Shown here: one piece after another, positions 1-14,446 of the stretch
Position numbering within the stretch: the first letter of the stretch is position 1
Layout of the letters: every line of letters starts with the position of its first letter
Assembly: GCA_020137815.1 (NCBI GenBank)
Contig: CM035358.1
Coordinates: forward strand, 4,898,001-4,962,000
Reading direction: 5' to 3'
Length of the DNA stretch: 64,000 bases
Source of the DNA: Hormiphora californensis
Taxonomy: Eukaryota; Animalia; Ctenophora
Translations under genes and position numbers: made by a program
The notes under the pieces: generated by a model
Databases searched by the model: none
Seen by the model: only the letters and a program-made list of their open reading frames with translations
Told to the model about the DNA's origin: nothing

Positions 1-1340
1 CTATTCAAATCACAAACAACTTTAACCTGATTCAACATGCAGTAACCTGAGAGGCAAAAAGAAAATAAATAGCAAGAGAAGTTCCTATATTTTTCTCCAA
101 GTCCAAATTCTCAAATTGGACCTTGTGCATGAGAAAAAAAGGCTTTAGAACAGTAGATGGGTATTGGGTAGGTATGATGCTATGAGGTTGAGATTAATGA
201 AGCCTGAAGAAAAAACCCTACCGATGCAATGGAGCCATGAGATAAATTGATTCGCTCTCTCCCCTGCCTAGGAGTACAGCCAGTTGAAGAGATAAAAACA
301 TAATATGATTGGTCCCCGACCCTCTAGCTGGTTAGTTAATTTGAGTTGGCTATTTTTAGTTTACGTGCTGGGGAAGTGAACCAACCAGCACAAGAATATA
401 ACTGCATTTTAGCAAGAGAGTAGAAAGATACTCGAGTAGAATGATCTTTAATTTATTGCATTCGAAATTCTTATAATTTCATCTGCAGAATGGTATGACA
501 GATTTATCTCTCAATTTCACCAATTTTTGTTCTACGGATATAGATATGATAGAAGAAGCAGTGACAATGAAAAGCTAGACATTTAAATAAAACTATCGTA
601 TCATTTTGACACATGTTTATTTATTATCAAGCCCGATGGGGCATGACACCTGGTCGAGAGATAATAAAAGATGAAATAAATATAAAGATTCTAGTTGTGG
701 TCGAGACAGATCAGATATGAACAGAAATTGTGACAGGGAGATATAATCGAGAAACTATTGATTTGATACGATGTGTTCTGGATCGACAACAGCGTTATCA
801 ATGATATAATTCTAGTTACTAGCAATTGACGAGACGTCATAATTCTTCACTAGTTAACGAAGAATTCACCAGTAGTGAACTGTCAGTGAAATAAATTACA
901 AATTCATTCAATTTCATGCCAAGCGCGTAGCAATATCAAGAGAGAGAGAGAATATAATTGAGAAATATGACAAAATAAAGAACAACGCAGGACACGTTTT
1001 GTAGACGAGTTATTTTGATAGACTAAACCAAAACGGAATTTCCAGACTTTTCTTTGGACATTACCGCAATTAGCCGGGTAGGTCATTATTTAATTGGAGG
1101 CTGCATAATAGTACTTAGAGGAAAATGGAGAGACAAAGAGTAAATGGAAAATTCTTTCCTTTGTTTAAATTCCAGTACTGATGAGCAAAGTTTGATTTCC
1201 TGATACAACTTCATATCAAACACAATAATAAATATCGCGGCCATTATAATATTGTCCCCTACATATAAATGGGGGGAATCTCTCAGAGATACAGTTAGAA
1301 AGTTGATCAGTCTTGAGGTCATTCCCACGGCCACAGCTGC
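1..1340 (-). mobile_element. Highly decayed non-LTR retrotransposon (CR1/L2-like) reverse transcriptase relic
   Basis: Fragmentary minus-strand translations fall in RT order: PAN(C) near 1075 (cf. PxNYRPIS), CHTILQMKL near 490 (cf. FDxVxHxILLxKL) and GS..GPII near 315 (cf. GVPQGSVLGP). Many stops and frameshifts. Confidence 0.35.
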
Positions 1341-1879
1341 TGTCAGGTGCTGCAAGCTGCTGACCTAACCCTGTGGCCGTATATTGATCGTGGGAATTAT
1401 GGCCTCAACACTGCAGTAGCCCACAGGTTTATAGTTTGGATAGCAGCACTTGTTCAGACAGTACATCATGCGGTCCCTTCTGCCCCAATAAAACAAGATT
1501 GTATTGAACAAAGCAACGTGTACGTGATCTTGGCTATTTGAAGGTGCCATTGAGAAATATAGTGTTTGATCTCTAGGTGACGTAGAAGCAACAAGACAAG
1601 CTGTTTGTGTGTGTGTGATATGAGATTGAGATAGAACAGGGCGGGTATTACCTCAATCATAATACGATTGGAAGCGTGTGTAATTGCATGTAATTGATGA
1701 TGTGGTGTTACTATAAAACTGCAGTTAGGTAGGTAGGTTTATATTAGACTCGCCAATATCACGGTCGCTTGTAGTGGGAAAACGGTAATGGAAAACGAAG
1801 ATACAGTAAGACGACGCGCAACCGTGACCAATCAGGGCGCTAGTACGTGCTGACACATGAACTTTTTGCCGCGCGTTAT

Positions 1880-1937
1880 GCACCGTGCGCGGCTCCTTAC
1901 TGTATTTTGCGTTACCGTATTTTGACTGCAAGCAGCA
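1880..1937. repeat. Dispersed repeat fragment, with an inverted copy at 20058-20120
   Basis: The reverse complement GTGCTGCTTGCAGTCAAAATACGGTAACGCAAAATACAGTAAGGAGCCGCGCACGG closely matches GTGCTGCTTGTAGTCAAATTACCGTAATGCAAATACAGTAAGGAGACGCGCACGG at 20058. Confidence 0.6.
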
Positions 1938-2683
1938 CTGTATGTATGGATATCACCAGTAGAAGTAGAGCTAGGTAGAGCTAGTCGACTAAATGGCTCA
2001 AAACTGAAATAGATAGTTTATAGGTAGGTTCTATAATTATAGTAGTAGAGTTTAATTTGTTCCGAGATAGTGGTGTTATAGCTGTGTGGTAATGCCATGG
2101 TAACGCACGCAATCATAAGATGATGAAACTGGTATTCGGCGTAATTAATAGTGGTACTGCAAGTATAATTAAAACAGAAAGAAAAAAATTAAAGGACGCT
2201 TTTTCAATAAAACTAGGGCTATAGTCTATTTAAAAGCATAATTAGTGATAATTATAGTGCAGATAGGCTCGCAAGTGATAAAAAGAGTGAAGAAGAAGAA
2301 GAAGAAGAAGCTCAGAAAAAGACATGAAACAAAAGCGAAAAAAAAAGGCCGAAAATAAAGTGAGATAGAGAAAGGCCAAAGGGAGAGAAAGAAGAATAAT
2401 GAATATGGCCAAGTGCCGAAAGTGAGATCTTGAACATTGAGAGAGGGAGAGAGAGAGAAAAGAGAGAAAGAAAGAGCCATGGACCCTTCTTCTGCTGCAC
2501 ACTGCAACGTGATACTGTATTTACACGGTGAGTTCCTGGCATGACGCCAAGACACACACTCTCTCTCCCCTCTCTCTCTCCCCTCTCTTGAAGAGTTCAC
2601 TACCAGGACCGCTACCACCTCTCTCTATAAGAATATCTCTCTAGCTCTCTCTCTCGCTTACTGCCTTTTTTAGTCTCCTCTTA

Positions 2684-3220
2684 GGGCCTTTCTTAACGAG
2701 CTGCACCCTGCATTTGCACCCTGCAATTGCACCCTACAATTGCACCCTACAAACTTCTTTCTTAACGAGAGTTTGCACCCTGCAATTGCACCCTGCAATT
2801 GCACCCTGCAAACCTTCGTTAAGAAAGAAAGTTGTAGGGTGCAATTGCATGCTTCACACGTGACCCAGTCACGTGCCATGTTGATGTGGTAATGCTGTGT
2901 GTATCAATGCCAATAGGTGATGATAAACAATGCCCCGTAAACCGGGTTTCATGTTTCACTACCCCTCAACTTCCCACGTTCATTGCGCACGTGACTGGGT
3001 CACGTGTAAAGGGTGCAATTGCACCCTGCAAGAACCTTTCTTAACGAGAGTTGTAGGGTGCAATTGTAGGGTGCAATTGCAGGGTGTAATAGGTCCTCCT
3101 GTTACACCCCAACAGGGTGCAAAGACCTTTCTTAACGAGACAGAAAGTGGATTGCACCCTACAATTGCAGGGTGCAATTGCAGGGTGCAATTGTAGTTTT
3201 TGTCTCGTTAAGAAAGGCCC
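2684..3220. mobile_element. PIF/Harbinger-type (Tourist-like) MITE, 537 bp
   Basis: TIRs GGGCCTTTCTTAACGAG...CTCGTTAAGAAAGGCCC, flanked by TTA on both sides (2681-2683, 3221-3223). Internal 13-bp TGCACCCTGCAAT repeats lie in opposite orientation in the two halves. Confidence 0.85.
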
Positions 3221-3577
3221 TTACTCTTAGATTCTCTCTCGACTCTCACCATCGGCCCTAAGTCACAGAGCAGGCAGAGATAGAGAGATAGTCTCTCTCT
3301 CGCGCTCTCTCTTTCTCCTTTTCTCAGAACTCAGTCTTTCTAAACACCCTTTGCTTGGAGTTGAACTCTATTCTGGCTATTATAATTGCTATGCCTAGCT
3401 CGACCACCTTTTGAACAAAACAATCCTATAGGAACGATGAAGACATGAAAAAATAACAAGTTTAGACCAGACGTGTTAACCAAAAAAAGAAGGGGTGTTA
3501 GAACAACAATGTTGGTCTTCATAATAAAGCAAAAGTCGAGTAGAACAAAGAAGTGTCAGAGTGTCTTGGGAGCTGAA

Positions 3578-3656
<79 letters not shown>

Positions 3657-3815
3657 GAGAGACAGGTAGAGCGAGAGAGAGAGAAACTATCCTGAAGGCC
3701 TAATGAAGTGACCCATAGGGCAATGAACAATGACTAGTATATTGAGGGGCTGGGAAAATTTTACAACTCTTTCAATTTCAAAGCAATACAAAATAAGGCC
3801 AATTGCTTGATTTCT

Positions 3816-4211
3816 ATTCGGGGCCTGGCAAGGCCCCCCGACCCGAATATAACCCAAACTCAACCCATCCCCCCTAAAACATCCCCCCTAAAACTAAAAC
3901 AACGGGGCCGAGCCGACAGGCCCTTAATACCAGATGAAAAAAAAACCATTCGGGGCCTGGCAAGGCCCCCCGACCCGAATATAACCCAAACTCAACCCAT
4001 CCCCCCTAAAACATCCCCCCTAAAACTAAAACAACGGGGCCGAGCCGACAGGCCCTTAATACCAGATGAAAAAAAAACCATTCGGGGCCTGGCAAGGCCC
4101 CCCGACCCGAATATAACCCAAACTCAACCCATCCCCCCTAAAACATCCCCCCTAAAACTAAAACAACGGGGCCGAGCCGACAGGCCCTTAATACCAGATG
4201 AAAAAAAAACC
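3816..4211. repeat. Three tandem copies of a 132-bp unit headed by a hairpin
   Basis: Units start at 3816, 3948 and 4080 with ATTCGGGGCCTGGCAAGGCCCCCCGACCCGAAT, which is a nested inverted repeat. Confidence 0.95.
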
Positions 4212-6093
4212 ATAACCATAAAACCATAAACCATAGATATTTTTAGAGTGAAAGTTTTGAAGCCCCCTGAAGTAGTAGAGAGGTGTTCTATGGCTCGTTG
4301 GAAAGGTCTCGAGGTCCCGCGACGTATAGGGGGTGTGGCGATGGCCATACCCAAACCTATAAGGGGTAGGACGCGAAAAACAGTCAAAATAAGGGGTATA
4401 CAGAACTCGGCAATTAGAAGGAGTAGAAAGGTGTTCTAGGGTGCGTTCGAAAGCTCTCGAGGTGCTGAAGTAATTAGAATGTAATTGGAAGTAATTACAT
4501 ATAATTAAAATGTAATTACATGTAATTAAAGGGTAATTACATGTAATTAAAAGGTCTAAATGACCCAGAATGATAATTTAAACATATTTTGACATATTTG
4601 GAGGCCCTGAGACCAGCGGGTGGCCAAATTTATTCCGGTTTCGGGTCGGCTGACGTAAAAACTCCGCGTTTTGGTCGAGGTAACCATAAACCATAAACCA
4701 TAGATATTTTTAGAGTGAAAGTTTTGAAGCCCCCTGAAGTAGTAGAGAGGTGTTCTATGGCTCGTTGGAAAGGTCTCGAGGTCCCGCGACGTATAGGGGT
4801 TGTGGCGATGGCCATACCCAAACCCATAAGGGGTAGGACGCGAAAAACAGTGAAAATAAGGGGTATACAGAACTCGACAATTAGAAGGAGTAGAAAGGTG
4901 TTCTAGGGTGCGTTCGAAAGCTCCTCGAGGTGCTGAAGTAATCGGAATGTAATTGGAATGTAATTACATGTAATTAAAATGTAATTACATGTAATTAAAG
5001 GGTAATTACATGTAATTAAAAGGTCTAAATGACCCCAAATGACAATTCAGACATATTTTGACATATTTGGAGGCCCTGAGACCAGCGGGTGGCAAAATTT
5101 AATCCGGTTTCGGGTCGGCTGACGTAAAAACTCCGCGTTTTGGTCGATATAACCATAAACCATAAAACCATAGATATTTTTAGAGTGAAAGTTTTGAAGC
5201 CCCCTGAAGTAGTAGAGAGGTGTTCTATGGCTCGTTGGAAAGGTCTCGAGGTCCCGCGACGTATAGGGGGTGTGGCGATGGCCATACCCAAACCTATAAG
5301 GGGTAGGACGCGAAAAACAGTCAAAATAAGGGGTATACAGAACTCGGCAATTAGAAGGAGTAGAAAGATGTTCTAGGGTGCGTTCGAAAGCTCTCGAGGT
5401 GCTGAAGTAATTGGAATGTAATTGGAAGTAATTACATGTAATTAAAATGTAATTACATGTAATTAAAGGGTAATTACATGTAATTAAAAGGTCTAAATGA
5501 CCCCAAATGATAATTTAAACATATTTTAACGTATTTGGAGGCCCTGAGACCAGCGGGTGGCCAAATTTAATCCGGTTTCGGGTCGGCTGACGTAAAAACT
5601 CCGCGTTTTGGTCGAGTATAAACCATAACCATAAACCATAACCATAGATATTTTTAGAGTGAAAGTTTTGAAGCCCCCTGAAGTAGTAGAGAGGTGTTCT
5701 ATGGCTCGTTGGAAAGGTCTCGAGGTCCCGCGACGTATAGGGGGTGTGGCGATGGCCATACCCAAACCTATAAGGGGTAGGACGCGAAAAAACAGTCAAA
5801 ATAAGGGGTATACAGAACTCGGCAATTAGAAGGAGTAGAAAGGTGTTCTAGGGTGCGTTCGAAAGCTCTCGAGGTGCTGAAGTAATTGGAATGTAATTGG
5901 AAGTAATTACATGTTATTAAAATGTAATTACATGTAATTAAAGGGTAATTACATGTAATTAAAAGGTCTAAATGACCCCAAATGACAATTCAGACATATT
6001 TTGACACATTTGGAGGCCCTGAGACCAGCGGGTGGCAAAATTTAATCCGGTTTCGGGTCGGCTGACGTAAAAACTCCGCGTTTTGGTCGAGTA
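4212..6093. repeat. Four tandem copies of a ~470-bp unit (satellite-like, possibly Helitron/Helentron-derived)
   Basis: Near-identical units start at ~4212, ~4681, ~5149 and ~5618. Each has AACCAT(A) micro-repeats and TAATTACATGTAATTA palindromes, and ends in GCTGACGTAAAAACTCCGCGTTTTGGTCGA. Confidence 0.9.
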
Positions 6094-6717
6094 TCGAACT
6101 AAGAACAAGAGTAGGGGAGTAGGTAGATATAAGAGGTTTGCTTAGATTTCTCATCGAAAATAGGCAAGGGCTCTGGCCTCTGAACAGAACTAAACTGAAT
6201 ATCATTTCATGACCATCAGACAGAGCTCCGAGGACATGACTGCTCAGTACTCGTGAGAGACATGACTGCTGCTCAGGAGAGACATGGCTCATCACATCAA
6301 TGAACCATGTGTGTGTCGACTGTGTTCCATGAAACAGGCCCCCCCTCGTTACAAGATTGGCTGGTCCCTGCTGCTGTCTCTAGCTCATAACGATATTGGA
6401 CAGACACGCAGAGATAGAAAGATAGGAAATGAGATACAGCAGTGAGCAGGGATCAGAGCTAGATTAGACAGAATCAAGGTTAGATATTTAGCTCAGAGAC
6501 GTGGTTACAATCTGTCAACTAGAATTTGATGAACCCAAGATAGAGAGATAAGACCTGCCTGCATGTCTGAATTTGTGGGGCTCCCTGACAGTGACCCACT
6601 GCAAACTCTTGCAGATGTCGGGATAATAAGCTGAGAGATAATCAGACCTCTAGATTCTAAATAGGAACATGTGCTTTGTCTTGCTAATGAATCAAGATTC
6701 AAACGACAAGGTCTGAG

Positions 6718-6790
<73 letters not shown>

Positions 6791-7753
6791 GGAGAGAGAG
6801 AGAGAGAGATTAGGAGAGCGATGGTCAGAAGTTGATTAGATAGTGATTAAATAGTAAGTTGAACATTGACAAGATGAAATTATGGCGCGGAATTCTCAAT
6901 TCACGTTTTGTGTGGCAGCCCAAAAATTAAACAAACTTGCAAAACTATGGAGTATGGATACATGGTCTGCGGAAAAGCGACGTTCCGGATATCGTTCAGG
7001 TGATTTTGAATTGTTCATACATACTTTCTTTCAAGCGACTCAACAGGTGATTATGAAAAGTGGCGAATTAATATCAATGATGGCGGCGGTGAAGCAGTCG
7101 AAGAAAGCAGGGAGGGATAATTTATAGGTTGTAAGTGATGATCGTCTTGCCTCTCTCTTCCGATCATCATCTCCATGAGGAGAGGATCCTTTCTCTCTCT
7201 TTCTCTCTCTCTACAGAGAGAGGTGGTAAAATGTTAGATAGATAAAAAGGGGAGAAAGAAAAATGTTAGATGGATAGAAAGGGGAGAGAGAGAGATGGGA
7301 GAACGATAGATTTATATAAAGAAAAGGAAAAGAGAGAAAGAGTGATGAATGGCTTGAAATGTTTGAAACTTAAAAGTTGTTGCCCGGTGATGTGCCAATA
7401 CCAATTGACACAAATTGACAGTTGACACTGACTGGGGTAGGGAGGGTTTGGGTTTGGAAGGGTTACTCCGGAACTTATTAACCTATTAACTTAATTTATT
7501 ACTATTAAACCAATATATATTTCTAATCGAGTGTGTATATAGCTAACATGACGTATTTTTATACTACATTTTTACACTTTATCTAAATTTAAGACGTAAG
7601 CACTCATGCCTTGGGCATCTATTTTAATAGAGAGTCTGTCGGGTTTTGTATGAAGTATCAATGTATCTTTATATTTTACCTTTTTCAAATCAAATCAAAT
7701 CAATAGAGAGATGAAGAGGTTCAGAGAAAGTGAGGAGAATGGTTAGAGAGAGA

Positions 7754-7832
<79 letters not shown>

Positions 7833-9340
7833 AGGAAAGAGGTGAGATATAAAGACAGAGAGACTCGAGAGAATCCGAGAATGTACATGTGGATGATCCG
7901 AGGGGAGATCCATTACCATGTTATCAAACAAATGGATAAAACTTTAGTGCTAAAGTGGACTGAAGAAAGCCAACAGCCAGATTTTCTTGGCCAAAAGCCA
8001 GCATTTTGAGCCTCAATCAATAGCTTTATTACCAAAACCGCAGATCACGCCCTCCTGTCTACTAGAACCATGATGAGAGAGAGAGGCCAGTTGAATAGCT
8101 GTCAGCTGGGTTAATGAATCACAACGGTTGATTATAGGACCCCTACTTGCAGTTTCTTAGAAACAGATGTTCCACGAACAGAAGCAAAAGGTGTTATGAT
8201 AGAAGTCAACGAAAATCATTAGATGATGGAAGTGCAGTACTCGCTATAAATCTATCTTTATTTTAGTTTCTCTCATCTCTTCTCTTTATATTGTCTATCT
8301 ATCTCCCTACCCACTCTCTCTCTCGCTCTATCTGGGAAGTTTCGCTCTATCTGAGACGTCTCCCTGTGACGTGTAGTATTGAGTCATTTCAACACATTTT
8401 ACTTTCTACCCTTTACACGGTAGCTCAAATGCAGCAGAGAAATACATGTCGGAACGAACTAGAACAAGAAGATTCAGTGAAACATTCAGGCATACCCGAA
8501 ATATGCTTAACTATTTCCTACAATCCTATATATAGTATGCTTAACTAGGTATTTCCCAGTTAAAAGTTCCCACTTTAAGCTTTTACCACATCAGTAACGG
8601 CCGGGTAACCCGGAACCCCCGTATAGGGATGGATGTCCAATGGACATTGTCCATTGGTAACAGAGAATGTAATTGGTAACTAGGGGTAACTAGGTAACCC
8701 TTCATTTCCCCTTTCCTACACGAAGTAATGGACCCACTGCCGGCCACATACTCATGATCATGCAGCTCATGAAACCAGCCACCATCTGTCAGAGCATTGG
8801 CCCGACAATGAAACCATCCACCATGAAACCAGCAGAGCAGCTGCAGGTGGTAAACAATTGTGTGGGGAATATTTAAGGTTCATCTACTATCCAGTTACAT
8901 TGGCTGCGACGTGTCCAACCAGTTGCATATATTGGGTGGGTTTACAGAATTTGTTTTGGCGGGGCAGTCTGGTATAAGGCTACTTTTGGCAGTTATCCAA
9001 ATATATAATAGTTTGACACCTAAAACCTATTTTCCCTTTACTATGTAATTATCTATCTAAGTATCTCACCCAGAAGGCCCTGGAGGAAATTTTGGGGAAG
9101 GAATTATAAATGCATCAAAAATTTCGGGGGTAAAAACATGTTTTCACTAGACTATAAGTCAGAAAGTCTCTGTCTATCTTTTAGCTACATCCTACCTACC
9201 TTTTACACAATGAAATATTACATAATATATGGTACCCCCTTCTTACAAGCGAAGAATTATAATTCCCCGCTCGTGCGTATAGTACCGCTAACAACTAAAC
9301 ATGATATAAAACCACAGGGATATGAGAGTGTATAATTATT

Positions 9341-9543
9341 ATTATACCAAAACTAATTGAAATTAGTAGGCCGGAAAGGTTGCCTTACGATTTGAGCTAC
9401 CTTAGGCACCGCAACTTTCACGGGGTATAGACAGGTTACAGATGCTTCGGTTATCTTCAAAAGGGAATTTACTGGTGCCAAAGGTAGCTCAAATCGTAAG
9501 GCAACCTTTCCGGCCTACTAATTTCAATTAGTTTTGGTATAAT
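9341..9543. mobile_element. Small foldback element/MITE with ~70-bp inverted arms
   Basis: ATTATACCAAAACTAATTGAAATTAGTAGGCCGGAAAGGTTGCCTTACGATTTGAGCTACCTT and its reverse complement at 9481-9543. Confidence 0.8.
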
Positions 9544-9699
9544 TTGCATCATTTTTGGGATTTTTTTTATCCATGTAGATTTAGTAGAATAGGTACCGAG
9601 AGGTTAGAGTCGCGAAATTGAGAAATTATCATTTTTGACGTCATTTTGACGTCATAAAACGACGTCACGACGTTGTAACGTCAAAATTATGACGTCATA

Positions 9700-10240
9700 A
9701 TATCGGGTCCACCTAGATGAAGATACTGACCAAGTTTGAGATCGATTGGATGAGATTTGAGTCCGCTATAGCGAAGAAACCCATAACGTCATATCTGTTT
9801 TTAAACAGTCATAACACTTTAGACGCGTTTTAAGACCCTTATACATCTAGTTTTGAAAATTCGCGTTCACGTGTCTGAAAGTTCAGACAATTCTCTTTCC
9901 ATGATATAGTCTTCGATTTTCGATTAGAATCCATCTTCAGGGTGTCAATTGAGCTCAAAGAATTTTGGTTAGAGTCTGAAAAATTACGACTTTAAGACGT
10001 TCTGTAGGACGTTCCTGGCGATGAAAAGGGACCCCACTACGACTAATGCACACACATCCAGTAGATCTACCAGCTGTGAAAAGATGAAGTCTCTATCTCT
10101 TTTCGTTTGGCGTCACATTCACTTATAAAAAGCGTCTCTCCTACGCGCACACGAAACCCATAAAACGTATAACTGCGTTTCTGGCAGCGCTTTTTGAGGG
10201 GGGGGGGAATGGCAACCTTTGCGCTTGCCAGCGCAGTGAT
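9700..10240. mobile_element. Non-autonomous repeat (Helentron/HINE-like), related to the copy in PMS1 intron 2
   Basis: GACCAAGTTTGAGATCGATTGGATGAGATTTG...ATTCTCTTTCC...TTCAGGGT is colinear with 47635-47840. The superfamily call is inferred from motif style and a terminal hairpin. Confidence 0.45.
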
Positions 10241-10661
10241 CATGGGGCTGGGAGAGCACTATTTACACATGTACAGAGGGACTGGGAGAGATAAACTTTA
10301 TTGGTGCATATGTATGCTAATCTCACTCTTTACAGATATTAATCTTTGTAGGGCTGGTATCATAATAGCTCGCCATGCCACTGCTATAAGATGCTTTACA
10401 TCAGAGGAAAAAAAGAATCCTAATACAACCCGAAGAATGTATAATGACTAAGAGATTATAGGAAATATATGTTAAAGTGGAATCCGACTAAGGAATATTA
10501 TATGATGTGAGGTGTCTTTTAGGGGGGTATAACTAGGGGGCTGCACTGGATCACAAATCTAACACCACAGTCTATACCAACAATCGTATTATGTAGCACG
10601 TCTTGCAGGATTTAACTCTGAGGTAGAGGGGGCGAGAGAAATGATAAGAAAGGAATAGTGA

Positions 10662-10733
<72 letters not shown>

Positions 10734-12831
10734 TAGAGAGAGATCAGGGAGAGTGACAGAGATAGAGAGAGATAGAGAGAGATCAGGGAGAGTGACAGAG
10801 AGATATGTCCACTGCAGGGAATATAACTGTATTGTCCAAAAGGAAGAGACTATCCGACTCCACGATACAGCTCCTGCTACTAATGAGATGAGAGCTGTAG
10901 GTGATCGGGAATATAGAGGGAAATGTAGGCCCCCTACATTGTAGGGAGGAATAAAGGGGGAACCGTATCATGGAGGTGATCGGGACTAGGAGGGAAATGT
11001 AGGGATGAATATAGAGGGAAATGTAGGTGGAATAGTGAGGGTAGTATAAGATGAAGGTAGCTATAGGATTGTAGCAAAGGATTCTCACAATCTCACGATT
11101 CTGAGAACTAAAGAATATGAGATAGTTGAAAGGTTGAAAGAGGGTATTCAAGGAAGACGCCGTGATGCTCGGAGATTAAAGAGAGAATACTTTGCCACGA
11201 AGTTGCGACTTTTCGCATTATATAAATACCCCTCTTATATCCAGATCCAGATATGATATAGAACAGTCCCAGATTATACCACGATCCGACCATATGATAA
11301 TATTGCAGCCAGACTCACTTCAGTTCACGCTGCTCTATCTCTTGCTTCCGATCGCTATGTCGCTAGAGTGGAGCGTACCACGTACATGACTCTATCTTAA
11401 AGTTAGTTAATTACTTGGCCAATTAGTAAATAGTTAATTAAAAGCTATCATCAAACAACTCATTGTCTTTCAAACAATGAAGTCTTTACAACAATTCCTA
11501 ATGATCTTCAGAATCAGATAATCGAATATATTCCTAACTTTATATAGTATAGAAACTTTGTGGCCCGAAGAATATGATCCTATTATATGCTTGATTATGA
11601 GGTTACATAGTCACACTCTCTCTAATTTAATACCATCTGACCCTACTACTATTGTTGTATGTTGTAGACAACATCAGTAGACAACAAGAGTGCAGCTCTT
11701 GTATCGATATACATAATGGCCCCTGCATGCCTACGTCAATGCAAGTTAGACGCCATCATAAGTAATAACGATCAGCTCCATCTTCTTCTTCTTCTCAGCC
11801 GGATGATCGCATGACGAAAATAAATCGCTTTTCTCAAGCCCGCCATACATAATTTGCAGTCAGTCATTCATCACATATTTTAGATTGGTGCTTCCTGCAG
11901 ATTCTTCTCGTTGCTTGAGCCGTCAGTGCAACACTGTTTTCCTTAATACATCTTGAAATCTAAATTATGTTTCGACAGTAGATCCTATCTGCCTAGCCGG
12001 GTACCTTCATTAAAATCATTATCCTACGTATTATTAGTATTTGTCCACATCAAACTATCTCTTGCTGAATGCATTTAGTGTGCCTAATAATGTGCCCTGA
12101 ATAGTCAGGCAAATAAACTTAGATTTTAGTTTTACTGAAGAAACAGGCTGGGAGAGAGAGAAAGAGAGAAAGGAGAGAGAGAGAGATAGAGGAAGAGAGA
12201 GACTAGATGATAGCGCCTCGATCTAGAGATGAGAGAGAGAGATCTATATAGGCTATATGCGTATCTCGCTCTCTCTCTATATCATCCGCTCTAGCTAGCG
12301 ATCTCTCGCTTCGAGATAGAACGCGCTTTAAGCGTAAGACCCGTGAACAGGAGAAGCCGGATAGGACGATTGTGAGCGAGGAGTCTTAATTTAGACAGTA
12401 AATTATGAGTAGTAGGATACAACATAATTTATGTAGATTGCCTTAAATATGCAGCACTCTCTAAATCCTTATCCAAACAGCTTTTGCTTTTCATTTTCCC
12501 GGTTTTGCTCCAACAATATAACTCCTTACTCCATATAATTTTGAAAAGTTTGCGTTCAAGATTCATCATTGGCTTCTAGTGATGAATTGGTATAAGAATC
12601 CCACGCCAAATTTCAATCCTGTATTAATGAGTTCCTCTATCTTTTTATCTTTCTATCTCTAATCAATTTCTCATTCCTGGTCATTTTCCTTCCCTATCTA
12701 TCAGATCTCTCTGATCTCTCTGATCTCTCTGATCTCTCAGGGAATGAAGGTCTGATCGGGTAATTATTTCCTAACACAGTTAATCTCCTCATTAAACAAC
12801 TCCCACACTTCTCAGCTTCTCATCTCTCTGA

Positions 12832-12867
<36 letters not shown>

Positions 12868-14096
12868 ACACGCAAATTGTATCTCTCTCGCACACACACA
12901 CAGATTGGCCCAGGCCAAGTATAATAATGTGTGTGAACGGCTATATGAATTGTGCGAGTGTGATAAATCCGTGTGAACTTTGCTCCATATTATAGTGATC
13001 ATCCCATCGAATCTCTGGTTATTTTTCTGATTACCACGTGCATTTAGTCTCTGGTTTACCCCACATGTGTATATATCATTGATAAAATACAAGCTTGTTC
13101 CGTGTCTCCACTAGAAGATGTAATGAGTTTCATGAGAGTTTCATGAGATGTAATGAGTTTCCTTCATTTGAGCATTCTACAACTCTGCAATTACAGTTTA
13201 CTAAGCAGCAGACTTAACAATCTGCAGTTGTCTAATTTCCAACAGAGCCATAAATAATATATTCCTTGGATCAAAATAATACTAATTATAGTTTATTTAT
13301 CTTTTGCAGTGTCCAAGTGCTTTTGCTCTAATAAGTCGTCGTTAAAACCACATGCACAACGTATATAGCATCTCTTTAACTTCCTCTCTCTTCCGCTCTC
13401 TTCCACTATATTCCACTCTCTCCATATATATATATCTATCTGTTTTTCCGAATGACGCACGTAGTAATGACTTTGAGAAATCGTTATTCAGACGCATATA
13501 CCGGCCTCTATATTTGTCGTGGAAACTGCAGTAATGACTTGATGCTTTTGGCTTGTTCTCTGTTCTGGGATGTTATGTCGCGATGTTTTTTCTTCAAACT
13601 TCCACACAACCAAAGCTATTATTAGGAGTTCTGTATAACAATCCCAAATAACATTTTATCCGGGCTATTAGTATCCAAGCTATCTAGTGGGTCATCTGGG
13701 ATTAGATGTAAACACCCCTCAATGCGATTCGCCCGGTTTCTTATGTTTCTTTCTCGACAAGGTTTCTTTCCCTTTTCTTTATTGTTCCATTGTCAGCTTT
13801 TCTGTCCTTTACACAGTTCTTAAGCCTCTCCTTCTAGTTCTATCTTTTACTTTTAGTCTACCAAATATACTGTCTACCTATCTCTCCCAACCAAATTAAC
13901 CTAAGACACGGGCGTCGAGAAAGCTAGTATAAAATTAAAATTTTCAGTCAAGTGAAGAACACGTATCTGATTTACTAGTTGGAATTGCCGACCACCGACC
14001 GCCTCGGATGGAGTACGTGCTACTCAAATTTGCATAATTAAACTTTCTTCCCCGGGATATTAGAAAAAGAGCAAGCAGAAACTAACACAGAGCTAG

Positions 14097-14140
<44 letters not shown>

Positions 14141-14351
14141 AGAGGAGGAGAGAAAAATACGGGGAACTTTTGAAATCCGATCTACTATCTTATTTCCCAA
14201 TAATATTTCAAACCTACCACCTGGGGTAAGACCCAATTTCAGTAGATTTAGAAGCGAGATATAAAAGAGAGAAGAAAGAGGAGAGCGGAACAGAAGAGAG
14301 AGAGAGAAGGGGGAGAAGAGGATTACGAAATAAATAACGACGTCTTATTTG

Positions 14352-14407
14352 CCTTTTTAAAAAATTTTGGGAAAAACCCCCCCCCTTTTTTTAAAAACCC
14401 AAAAAAC

Positions 14408-14446
<39 letters not shown>

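Noticed and set aside
3807-5799. Repeated ORFs (IRGLARPPDP..., MKVLKPPEVV...)
   Set aside because: By-products of the tandem repeats (132 bp is a multiple of 3), with no splice context or protein motifs.
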